Shown: piece after piece, positions 18,030 to 27,172 of the stretch
How positions within the stretch are numbered: position 1 is the first letter of the stretch
Layout: each line of letters opens with the position of its first letter
NCBI GenBank assembly: GCA_018651925.1
Contig: JABIDC010000009.1
Coordinates: forward strand, 16,403 to 80,402
DNA from: an archaeon
Lineage (GTDB): Archaea > Nanobdellota > Nanobdellia > Pacearchaeales > GW2011-AR1
Reading direction: 5' to 3'
Length of the DNA: 64,000 bases
Position numbers and translations under genes: made by a program
Notes under the pieces: model-generated
The model's input: the letters and a program-made list of their open reading frames with translations, nothing else
Told to the model about the DNA's origin: nothing
Database searches by the model: none

Positions 18030-21000
18030 TTAATTTTTATCTAAATTACTTTTAAAAGAATTATATTTATTTTTCCTCTCAAAAAAATGAATCAAAAGAA
18101 AAATAATTACAATTAAAATTGCAAAAGAAATTCCAATTAAAAAGTATTTGAAAAAATTATTTTTTTCTCCATTAACCATTCTAGCGATAATTGCAACTTC
18201 CCCTAAAGAATCTACTTCAGAAGAGAAATAAACAAAAATTTCATCACGGCTGATTTCACTTGTTAAATATTCCTTCGAATGAGACAAAGAATATAATGTT
18301 ATATCTGTCGCATTCAATAAATTCACTTCTATCCAAGAAAGAGGAACTTTGAAATACACTTTCCCCCGAACAAATCCAGAATCTGAACTCAAATTAAAAA
18401 TCTCGTAATTAATTATTTCCGAATCTAAGAAATAATCTGATTCATTTAAATCTCCAATTTCGAAGTTAAATCCTGTTCCAACATGCTCAATTTCTGCAGA
18501 ATAAACAGAGCCCCCCTCAAAAGAAAAATTACTTTGAATAGAATCTAGCTCCTCCCCCAAATAAAGATCTCCATCATCTCCAGAATAGGGGGAATCATCT
18601 CCTCCATTAGGACTCCCCGAACCAGGACTATAATCATCTGGAGTATCTCCCTCTGGCTCTGGTTCCCCACAATCTGAATCATTCAAATCAATAAATTCAT
18701 CACAATCATTATCTAAACCATCTTCACAAAGTTCAAAAACTCCTTCCAAAGGAGAACAATCACTCACTTGCGATCCTTCCTCGCAGATTAAAATCCCCTT
18801 ATTTACGCATGACCCGATTCCACAAGTTGTTTCATTTCCAAACCAAGATTCATCAATTCCATCTTCAGTAGATTCATCGCAATCATTATCTAAACCATCA
18901 CAAAGTTCTGGTGAGCCAAGAACTCCTGGAGCACAAGTATCTAATTGAACCCCTGCTTCACAATTAAAAACCCCTATATTTGAGCAAGCCCCAATTCCAC
19001 AATTTGTTTCATTTCCAAACCAAGATTCATCAATTCCATCAGTTGTTTCAGAATCACAATCATTATCTAAATCATCACAAATTTCCTCTTCTCCCGGATT
19101 AATATTTGAATTTTCATCATTACAATCTCCATGTCCAATAAATCCAATCTCTCCACTACATCCTCCCGCCTCCAAATAATATCCATCTTCATCTCCATCT
19201 GTACAGGTAGGAATTGTTTCAGTATCATAATATTTAAAGTCAGAAATAATTTCTTCCCCTGCACCATTAACATAAGAACAAGCCCAATTAAAAGCCCCAT
19301 TCAATCCTCCAATATTAAAAGTTTTAGAAGCAGTAATTCCAGTTAAGCCACATTGAGCAGTAGAATACCTTGCAGGAAAATTATTAACTAAATTTAATGC
19401 ATCCACTCCGCAAGAAGAAACTGGATCAAAGGAAAGATCGTCTGTAATCAAAACTAAATCTGGATAAGTCCAATATCCATCCACCGCAGCATCTATAATT
19501 TGGATATTTTTAGTTCCAGAAGTAGTTGAAACGTAACTTAATCCATTTTCCCAAGTAAATCCTCCGCTTCCATCCCCAAAAATTGGGCTCATATAATTTT
19601 CAATTCCAACTTGCCAAGTCCGATCACTCCCCCCAACATCACTTCTTGCAAAAACTGAATAAGTTCCAGAATCTAAAAATAAATTATAAGTCATATTTGA
19701 GCTTCCATCAGTTCCTTCTTCACTGATTGCATGTCCTAATGCGCTTGCAGTATTTTCAACAAAGACATTATTATCTTCACAAGATTCTAAACCAAAACAA
19801 ACATCCCATTCAGATTCAGAAAAATTAAATTTCTCTGCTTCTAAAAAATAATATTTATTAGATAAAAGTTCCTCTGTTTCCAGGATTTGCTCAACCCCAT
19901 AAGTTTCTTTTACTAAAGAAATACTCTGAATTCCTGTTGGATCCTCAATATCACAAATAAATTCCACAGTAGTTTCTCCCCCAGCACCATCAAAAGGAGA
20001 AGAAGTTATTTCTGGTACACATTGATCATCAAACCCATTACAATTTTCATCGATGGAATTCCCACAATTTAACAAAGGACTTTCAGCTTGTTGGCCAAGA
20101 AAAGGATTACAAGTTTGAGGAACACCGGCAACACAATTTTGAATAGTATTTGTGCAGATCCCTTCTCCACAAGTAGTTTCTCCTAAATATTCGTCAGTGT
20201 TATAATCACAATCATTATCTATTCCATCACAAATTTCCTCGCTTGGAACAATTGCTCCAACACACACACTCCAAATTCCACTCTCGCAAGTTTGTATTCC
20301 TTGTGTACATTGCCCTTCAGAAATTCCACAAGCCCTAGTTTCCCCATTAGTAGAACAACTTCCTCCAGTTCCCAAGGCAAAATTAAAATCAGTTTCTTGG
20401 GTAATTGTATACTCTCCAACTTCTTCAATGGTATTTTCATATTGAACATAAAATAGATGGGGTGTCATGGATGTCCTATTATGAACTCCCGAAGATCTCA
20501 TATCTCCTTCCTCATAATATTCTGTAACAATTAATCTCGCTTCTCCTACAACATTCGTTATTTCGGAAATTGTTTCCGGCAAAGAACTTGTTGAAATTGC
20601 AGTCACAATCGCATTTTCTAAAGGAGTTCCAGAAGCATCAGTAACCCTCACATTCACATACCATTGCTTAGAAAGATCATAAAGAGAAGTGTCTGTACTT
20701 GCGGTAAAAAAGTAAGCATCTTCTTCAAAACCATTCTCAAAATGATTATTTATCAACCTAATTCCAGGAGCTGTTGCACGATAATATCCAAATCTAATTG
20801 CAGATTCTGGCATTGAAGGCGAATAATAGGGATTGTCTACTCTTACAAAAGTATTATTTTCTAACCACTGATTTGCAGAATCTCCATAAAAAGAATTTAT
20901 CCATAATGCCTTATCATTTGTTTCAATATAATTATCTTTGAACAAAGGGTTTCCCTCATTATTATATGCATCTCCTCCAATATAAAATGCAAATACTGGA

Positions 21001-22655
21001 CTATCATCTCCTGCAGAAGTTTTTGTAACATAATATTTATTATTCCAAATCTGATTATTTTCTCCAGCAGCAGAATAAAATATTCCAGTTGTTACAGGCA
21101 TACAATTGTCATAAGCAGTTTCAAAATCTCTCCCTTCAATGTAAAAAGTATTATTTATTACATGATTATCATGGTTTGATCCACTTCCATAATCATTCAT
21201 TCTTATTGCATTCGTTGAATAATCTTCATTAATATATTCAACATTACAAGTAGCAGTTCGAACATAAAAAGTATTGTTTGTTATTTTATACCCATTACCT
21301 GAATAAACTAAAATACCACTTCCTTCAATTGGATCAAAAACATTATTATGGATAACTGGATTTATTGCACCACTATGAATGATCGCATAATGATTTGTTG
21401 ACTGAGCATTATTTCGGATATAATTGTATGAAACATTTGTTCCAACTCCCCCTAAACGAATTACTCCTTGCCCCCCAATCAAAGTATTATTATATAATAG
21501 CCCACTTCCCATAACAACATTTTCTTCAATGCTATTTTCTCTAGCAAAATACCATGGCATACTAACTTCTAAATGATTATTGTAAACATCTCCCCCCGTT
21601 CTTACCGTCCTAGATTGCATCCCTTGAACTCTAACATCCAAATCATGAAATTTTCCCATTGGAGCAGCAGAAGTTCTAAGAGCATAAGAATTTAAATTTT
21701 CATTTCCAATACGAATATTTCCATTCATAACTTCTAAAACTGGACGCCGATAATTATAATCTCCTAAATCTCCAGAATCCCAAGAACCTTGAAAATCTTG
21801 ACCAGGATAATTAACTTCTAATTGGCCCCCATAATTATATGAACTTCCACCAATAACTCCATAATCAGAATTAGGAACAATTCCAGTTCTATCAATATAT
21901 GCATAACCTTGTGTGGTTATTCTCATCTTATATTGCCCAGTATTATTTGCAAGAAATTTACAACCGAAAGATTTTCCCCGAAAAAAGCCCTCAGAAGTTT
22001 CTGAACAAATTAAATTATTATTTGCATCATATACATCAATTGTTAAGTCAGCAGTTTGAGCGCGGCCAAAAGTGGCATAGGCCACATATTCTCTTGGTGC
22101 AATAGGTAAATTAACATAAGAAGATTCTATACTCAGTGCATCTGCAGTATATAAAACAAAGTCCCCATGCATTGGTTGATAATAGGAAGTATTTCTTGCT
22201 TCAACAGTTCCAGAAAGAACATTCCAATTAATAGGATTATTTCCAGACCATAATTCAAAACCATTATTTGAAAGAGTTTGATAATCTGCTCCAGAATAAG
22301 TAAGAGTATATCCATTTAAGTCAATTGTAGTTGTAAATTTCTCTTCAGGTTGACCAACAAAACGTGTTACAATGCAAGATCTATCACAATTTAAATCTCC
22401 AGATAAAATAAAATAATAATCTGCTCCAGAAGTATCATCCAATACATAAACATCCCATTCAGAAAGATACTCGTAATTTGCACCAGATTGCCCAGGAACA
22501 ATTTCTTCACAATTATCAACAGAAATACCTGCACAATTAATGTCTCCGATTGCATATCCCGTGAGATTTCCGAATCCAATATAAGAAAGAAAGAACCCAA
22601 TTAATAAAAGAGCAACAACTGCAAATAAAAAATAACTCTTAATCCCCTCATTCAT
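18030..22655 (-). CDS. Giant (1541 aa) membrane-anchored surface/adhesin-like protein
   Basis: It has an N-terminal signal-anchor and a region of repeated NN(T/V/H)F/NNxY turns typical of parallel beta-helix (PbH1) repeats. A CarboxypepD_reg-like segment (VNVRVTDASGTPLENAIVTA) follows. At least six Cys-rich CDGxDNDCD modules of the MopE-type putative metal-binding kind come next, then an acidic Pro/Gly linker, a PGF-pre-PGF-like segment (VYFKVPLSWIEVN...GEVAIIA) and a C-terminal TM helix. Confidence 0.75.
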   Translation of the reverse strand: MNEGIKSYFLFAVVALLLIGFFLSYIGFGNLTGYAIGDINCAGISVDNCEEIVPGQSGANYEYLSEWDVYVLDDTSGADYYFILSGDLNCDRSCIVTRFVGQPEEKFTTTIDLNGYTLTYSGADYQTLSNNGFELWSGNNPINWNVLSGTVEARNTSYYQPMHGDFVLYTADALSIESSYVNLPIAPREYVAYATFGRAQTADLTIDVYDANNNLICSETSEGFFRGKSFGCKFLANNTGQYKMRITTQGYAYIDRTGIVPNSDYGVIGGSSYNYGGQLEVNYPGQDFQGSWDSGDLGDYNYRRPVLEVMNGNIRIGNENLNSYALRTSAAPMGKFHDLDVRVQGMQSRTVRTGGDVYNNHLEVSMPWYFARENSIEENVVMGSGLLYNNTLIGGQGVIRLGGVGTNVSYNYIRNNAQSTNHYAIIHSGAINPVIHNNVFDPIEGSGILVYSGNGYKITNNTFYVRTATCNVEYINEDYSTNAIRMNDYGSGSNHDNHVINNTFYIEGRDFETAYDNCMPVTTGIFYSAAGENNQIWNNKYYVTKTSAGDDSPVFAFYIGGDAYNNEGNPLFKDNYIETNDKALWINSFYGDSANQWLENNTFVRVDNPYYSPSMPESAIRFGYYRATAPGIRLINNHFENGFEEDAYFFTASTDTSLYDLSKQWYVNVRVTDASGTPLENAIVTAISTSSLPETISEITNVVGEARLIVTEYYEEGDMRSSGVHNRTSMTPHLFYVQYENTIEEVGEYTITQETDFNFALGTGGSCSTNGETRACGISEGQCTQGIQTCESGIWSVCVGAIVPSEEICDGIDNDCDYNTDEYLGETTCGEGICTNTIQNCVAGVPQTCNPFLGQQAESPLLNCGNSIDENCNGFDDQCVPEITSSPFDGAGGETTVEFICDIEDPTGIQSISLVKETYGVEQILETEELLSNKYYFLEAEKFNFSESEWDVCFGLESCEDNNVFVENTASALGHAISEEGTDGSSNMTYNLFLDSGTYSVFARSDVGGSDRTWQVGIENYMSPIFGDGSGGFTWENGLSYVSTTSGTKNIQIIDAAVDGYWTYPDLVLITDDLSFDPVSSCGVDALNLVNNFPARYSTAQCGLTGITASKTFNIGGLNGAFNWACSYVNGAGEEIISDFKYYDTETIPTCTDGDEDGYYLEAGGCSGEIGFIGHGDCNDENSNINPGEEEICDDLDNDCDSETTDGIDESWFGNETNCGIGACSNIGVFNCEAGVQLDTCAPGVLGSPELCDGLDNDCDESTEDGIDESWFGNETTCGIGSCVNKGILICEEGSQVSDCSPLEGVFELCEDGLDNDCDEFIDLNDSDCGEPEPEGDTPDDYSPGSGSPNGGDDSPYSGDDGDLYLGEELDSIQSNFSFEGGSVYSAEIEHVGTGFNFEIGDLNESDYFLDSEIINYEIFNLSSDSGFVRGKVYFKVPLSWIEVNLLNATDITLYSLSHSKEYLTSEISRDEIFVYFSSEVDSLGEVAIIARMVNGEKNNFFKYFLIGISFAILIVIIFLLIHFFERKNKYNSFKSNLDKN
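18660..19100 (-). repeat. Internal tandem duplication (about 180 nt / 60 aa period) encoding CDxLDNDCD...WFGNET.CGIG.C modules inside the giant gene
   Basis: On the plus strand, ccaaaccaagattcatcaattccatc...tcatcacaaa recurs near 18838 and 19018. The protein repeats are ICDDLDNDCDSETTDGIDESWFGNETNCGIGAC and LCDGLDNDCDESTEDGIDESWFGNETTCGIGSC, plus a truncated third copy. The bounds are approximate. Confidence 0.7.
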
Positions 22656-22692
22656 AAAAAAATAATATCTTTTACCTTAATAAAGTTTTATA

Positions 22693-23334
22693 TCACATTC
22701 TTCTTGCTTCATTTTTCTTCTTAGCAAGATAAGAGCCAATCAAAAAAACTAAAATTGCTAGGACAACTATAGAAATTAAAATTAAAAAAGCAATTTTAAC
22801 AGAAGAATAATCTTTTTCCACTGAATTATCCACGATAATTGCAATTTCTCCAAAATAATTTAAAATAGAATTATAATAAACAAATTCTTTGTCCCTTAAA
22901 ACTTCCCAAGTAGGATTTTTCCTTTCATCTAATATCGAAAACAAAACAATTTTTGAAGAATCAATTTTATTCTCCTGGAATCAACTGAGAGGGATTTTAA
23001 AATAAATTCTATTTTCTACAGATTCTCCAAAAGATTCAACTTTAAACAAATCATAAACAAATATTTCTTGAAAAGGATAATTCACTTCTTCTACTCCAGA
23101 AAGATTCAGATCAAAATCCTTTTCTCCAGAAATTTTGATTAAATAAATTGAATTATTTGGAAAACGAAAATCTATTAAAGAAATATTATTTTCTTCTAAA
23201 TTTAAACTTTTTTCAAAAGGAGCCTCAGGACCAAAAATTACCCCTCCTGTGAATGAAAAAGAATTTTTAACAAAGAATAAAATAATACCAATTACCAAAA
23301 ACCCCAAGAGAAAATAAAACTTATTAACTTTCAT
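22693..23334 (-). pseudogene. Small membrane-anchored PGF-pre-PGF-like protein, paralogous to the giant protein's C-terminus, interrupted by one in-frame TGA (22981-22983)
   Basis: ORFs 22981..23334 and 22693..22944 are in the same frame and are separated only by the TGA. The downstream piece has no ATG (the track starts it at TTG). The read-through sequence YFKIPLS*FQEN...GEIAIIV aligns with the giant protein's YFKVPLSWIEVN...GEVAIIA. Confidence 0.65.
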
Positions 23335-23379
23335 ATTGAAAAAAATAATTTAATGTTAATAAAAGTAACCCAAATTCAA

Positions 23380-24390
23380 TTAAAGTTTTGCCACAAGAAT
23401 TTTCAAATTAACTAAACTAATTCCCCCTAAGAAAAGAGAATAAAAATAATAAATTATTCTTTGCAAAAATCCGACTAATAAAGCCAAAGGAGGAGGAACC
23501 CCCATGACAGTATACAGCAAAGTCATAATGCTCTCCACAATCCCCATCCCTCCCGGAACAGGAGAAAGATTACCAATAATTTGACCTAATGTAAAAACAA
23601 TAATAATTGAAAGGAAATTTAAATGGCCCCCAAATGCAAAAAACAAAAAGTATGCCGTGAAAAAATTCCCTGCCCAAAACAAAATTCCAAATAAAACCCC
23701 AATGAAAAAAGTTTTTTTATTCTTCAAAATTTTCTCAAAGGACCCATAAAATGAATGAAATTTAACCCGAAGATAATCAATGAAAATTTCTTCTGTCTCA
23801 AATCTTCTTTTAAGAAATTTCAACCAATAAACTTTTCTAAAAAAAGTTTTCCAATTAGAACGAGACTTTTGAAAAATAATATAAAAAACAATAAAACTGG
23901 ACAAAAATACAAAACAAAGAACTCCAAACAAAATCCACTTTAAACTACTTGGAATCGGCACATAGAAAAAAACAAAACATATTGAAAATAAAACAAACAG
24001 AAATAAGACCAGCATCCGGAAAAAACTATCTGCTATAACTCCTCCAAAAACTTCACTTTTAGATTTACCATATTTTGAAGCGAGATAATGTGCTCGAAAA
24101 GGTTCTCCTCCAACACCCGCGGCAGGAGTAACGGTATTAAAAAATGCCCCTGCCAAAGTAACCTTCATAAAATAAAAAAAATCAAATTTTAAAAAACCTG
24201 CAAAAATATTTTTCCAATTAAAAACCGTTGAAACAAAAGTCAATCCCGTTGCCAAAATAGCTAGAAGAAACCAACCAATTTTAGCTTGAGAAATTAATAA
24301 ATAAACTTCATAAAAATTAATATCCTTTAAAACAAAGAGTAATAAAAAAAAAAGAATTAAAATTCCAAGAACATTTTTTATCTTTCCCAT
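23380..24390 (-). CDS. Polytopic membrane protein, flippase-like / LPG-synthase-TM (UPF0104) family
   Basis: It has about 8 TM helices. The N-terminal pattern (K..l.iliLffll..l..i.f.ev...i..a...wlllai) and the GGEPFR-type loop (GVGGEPFRAHYL) are typical of that family. Confidence 0.55.
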   Translation of the reverse strand: MGKIKNVLGILILFFLLLFVLKDINFYEVYLLISQAKIGWFLLAILATGLTFVSTVFNWKNIFAGFLKFDFFYFMKVTLAGAFFNTVTPAAGVGGEPFRAHYLASKYGKSKSEVFGGVIADSFFRMLVLFLFVLFSICFVFFYVPIPSSLKWILFGVLCFVFLSSFIVFYIIFQKSRSNWKTFFRKVYWLKFLKRRFETEEIFIDYLRVKFHSFYGSFEKILKNKKTFFIGVLFGILFWAGNFFTAYFLFFAFGGHLNFLSIIIVFTLGQIIGNLSPVPGGMGIVESIMTLLYTVMGVPPPLALLVGFLQRIIYYFYSLFLGGISLVNLKILVAKL

Positions 24391-24442
24391 AAAATACCAA
24401 AAATAAAAATCCTTAATAAAGGTTTTCTTATTTTATCTAAAT

Positions 24443-26728
24443 TTAAAACTTTTTAGATTTTATCTTTTCATTCAACCATTTTTGCCACTCGGGGAAAACT
24501 CTTTCGCTAGTAGGAAGCCCAATTTCTTGAATAATATTATCTGAAATCTTATGAAAGGAATCATTTGCAATAACACTAAAACCTGCTTCAAGAATTTTAT
24601 CATTCTTAATTTTTTTAGAAACCTCTACAAGCTCATTTTTTATTTTTGAACGAAGCAAAATATTATCATAAACTGCATCCCAATCTCCTGCCCAACCTTT
24701 TACATTAGCAGCAATATCTTTTATTATTTCACTATCCCCATTAATTAAATCGTCTGTGGGTTCTAGCTCATCTTTCTCCACATTATATTTCATTAAATCA
24801 ACAAAACCTTTTTCTTCCATCGGATCTTCTGTCCAATGCTTTCGAATTTCAGATAATTGTAAAAGTCTTCTCCACGAATGCATTCCATCAGGAGACTTAA
24901 TTGGATTTGCAACAGCAATAATGTCTGTTGCCTTAAAACTGGTTTTAGGAACACCCAAATCATTTACCACCCGATCATAAACCCCATAAGGTGATGCTCC
25001 ATGAATTGTTCCTGCAACAACATTCGCAAGAGCTCCAACACGCATAGCTTCATACAATGCTTTTGCTTCTTCCGAACGAACTTCACCAAGAATCAAAGCA
25101 GAATCTCCTAAACGCAAACTTGTCCTAATTCCATCCTCTGCAGAAACCTCTGCAGTTGTTTTCAATAAAGCAGAACGAACCTTCATCCTTAAAATATCAT
25201 AATTCAAATTTCTTAAGGCAGTAACAGGCAATTCCAATGTATCCTCAATTACAATCACTCTATTCTTAGGGATAATTTCTAACATCAAACTTCCCAACAA
25301 AGAAGTTTTTCCTGAACTTCTAGTCCCAGCAACAAGCATCGTTCTTGCTCCATCAATTAAAAAACTCAATAGTCCTGCAGATAAAGGGTTAACCATTTTA
25401 TTTTTTATAAATAAAGGGAGAGTCCAAGGATCTTCCCTATGTCTTCTGATTGAATAAGCAAGACCATCGGGACTCAAAGGTTCTTGAATAATTGCAACTC
25501 TTGCACTAATCTTCCCAATTTCCAATTGAGTATCTAAAATCGGATTTGCTTCATTCAGCGGCCTACCAGAAATCATTCTAAATTTCGCAGCCCAAGAATC
25601 TGCATCTTCTGCACTAGGTAAAATATTTGTTGAACATTCTCCGTGAATTCCGTGGCGAACAAAAATATTCACTTTTGGAATGGGTGCATTTAATGAAATG
25701 TCCTGAAGATGTTTATCTTGTAACAAAACTTCTAATAATCCAAAACCAATTGTATGCCTAACTAAAATTATTGAAAGATTATTTAATTCCGAATAACTCA
25801 AACGAATACTTTTTGAATTTGCAAGATCCGAAATCAAATCTTTTGAAATATTAAAAAATACTTGTCTAATTCTATCTGTATCGGTAAATTCCTTTGCTTT
25901 TGGTTGGTGTTCCATCAAAGTTCCTCTCGCTAAATTCAAAAGAGAATTAAAATCCTCACTCAAAGAATTCTCAGGAGGACTTAAATGATAAATAAGTTTT
26001 GCTTCATCTTTTTTCTTTAGAATTGTTACTAAAGATTTATCATAATCTTTACCAATTTCATATTGATCAATAATCTCAGAATCTCGAGGCAAATCAAAAA
26101 CTAACCGAGTAAAAGTAAAATTCGGGATTACATCTGGCTTAAAGATCAAACGATAAACTTCCCTGTCTCCCGTGGAATAATCTGAAAGATAAGGCAAAAT
26201 CAAAGAAATCAATTTAGTTTTTTCAAATAAAGAGATTAATTTTTCTAAATAGTAAATATAATTTGCAAAATCAGATTTATTTTCTTCGCCAGCTTTTGTT
26301 GAATCAATTTTTGCTTCAATTAAAAATTTTCTAAGTTCATGATATGCATAGATTGGATCTTTTTTTAATACGCTCAAAAAAGAAAACATTGAATTGTATC
26401 TTTTTGAAAACATTGCTTCATTCGAACTAGCTAATTTTTCATGAGATAAAATCCTCTCTTGTTTTAGCAAAAAAGTGTAAAAATTTGCAACCTCTAAAAG
26501 ATAATTTGTTTCTTTCATATCATAATTATAATTTTTCTGTTGAACAAAAACAATTCTCGAAACATTCTGATTTTCAATTAACAAATCGACAACTCTTTCC
26601 ATAATTTCTGGCATCTCAACTAAACTCGGAATAAAGGGCGCACCTACAAAATTAACATACATCACATCTTCTCCACCTTCTCTCGAAACCTCGTAATCAT
26701 ACAATGGAGCATCCTTCCCAAATTGCAT
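24443..26728 (-). CDS. Type II/IV secretion system ATPase (FlaI/VirB11/GspE family) with long N-terminal extension (761 aa)
   Basis: Motifs include Walker A VAGTRSSGKTSLLGSL, VIVIEDTLELP, the Walker B/His-box region LILGEVRSEEAKALYEAMRVGA...GTIHG, and LQDISLNAP in the upstream region. Confidence 0.85.
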   Translation of the reverse strand: MQFGKDAPLYDYEVSREGGEDVMYVNFVGAPFIPSLVEMPEIMERVVDLLIENQNVSRIVFVQQKNYNYDMKETNYLLEVANFYTFLLKQERILSHEKLASSNEAMFSKRYNSMFSFLSVLKKDPIYAYHELRKFLIEAKIDSTKAGEENKSDFANYIYYLEKLISLFEKTKLISLILPYLSDYSTGDREVYRLIFKPDVIPNFTFTRLVFDLPRDSEIIDQYEIGKDYDKSLVTILKKKDEAKLIYHLSPPENSLSEDFNSLLNLARGTLMEHQPKAKEFTDTDRIRQVFFNISKDLISDLANSKSIRLSYSELNNLSIILVRHTIGFGLLEVLLQDKHLQDISLNAPIPKVNIFVRHGIHGECSTNILPSAEDADSWAAKFRMISGRPLNEANPILDTQLEIGKISARVAIIQEPLSPDGLAYSIRRHREDPWTLPLFIKNKMVNPLSAGLLSFLIDGARTMLVAGTRSSGKTSLLGSLMLEIIPKNRVIVIEDTLELPVTALRNLNYDILRMKVRSALLKTTAEVSAEDGIRTSLRLGDSALILGEVRSEEAKALYEAMRVGALANVVAGTIHGASPYGVYDRVVNDLGVPKTSFKATDIIAVANPIKSPDGMHSWRRLLQLSEIRKHWTEDPMEEKGFVDLMKYNVEKDELEPTDDLINGDSEIIKDIAANVKGWAGDWDAVYDNILLRSKIKNELVEVSKKIKNDKILEAGFSVIANDSFHKISDNIIQEIGLPTSERVFPEWQKWLNEKIKSKKF

Positions 26729-26816
26729 AATAAGAAAAGCCGAATGTAGTTTAAAGGTTTTATTGTGAAAAGTTTCACCCCAAAAACAATTTAAACTATG
26801 CTCCCTTAGAAAAATT

Positions 26817-27158
26817 ATGGTGGATGCATATGCTCAAGATAATTTTTCAGACGTAAATTTTAAAACAAGAGATTTAGAAGAAAAACAAAGAATACAAAAA
26901 GACAGAATAATGATTTTAGAAAAAAATCTCATTGAATTGAAAGAAAAATTTTCCCATGAAAATCTTGAACTTAAAAAAGAATTATTAATTTCCAAACAGA
27001 ATATAGAAAAATTAACAAGATTTTTGGAAACAGCATCGGAAGAGATGGAAAAGTTTGCAAGAAAAGAAGATCTAGAAATACTTACAAAACAAGCAAAAAT
27101 GTTTCAACCATTGGATTTTGTAAGGCGAGAAGAATTAGTTAAATTAAAAAAGAAATAA
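26817..27158 (+). CDS. Coiled-coil protein (113 aa), unknown function
   Basis: It has heptad-like Lys/Glu/Leu-rich composition. It is divergent from the pilus ATPase gene across an 88-bp gap. Confidence 0.5.
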   Translation: MVDAYAQDNFSDVNFKTRDLEEKQRIQKDRIMILEKNLIELKEKFSHENLELKKELLISKQNIEKLTRFLETASEEMEKFARKEDLEILTKQAKMFQPLDFVRREELVKLKKK

Positions 27159-27172
27159 AACAATAAGATAAT

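Noticed and set aside
22981-22983. The idea that TGA is reassigned to Trp genome-wide (code 4/25-like).
   Set aside because: TGA terminates several well-supported genes at normal lengths: MinD-like at 572, NUDIX at 5062, pilin-like genes at 13926 and 14944, and the 22693 gene itself. Only this one internal TGA aligns with a Trp.
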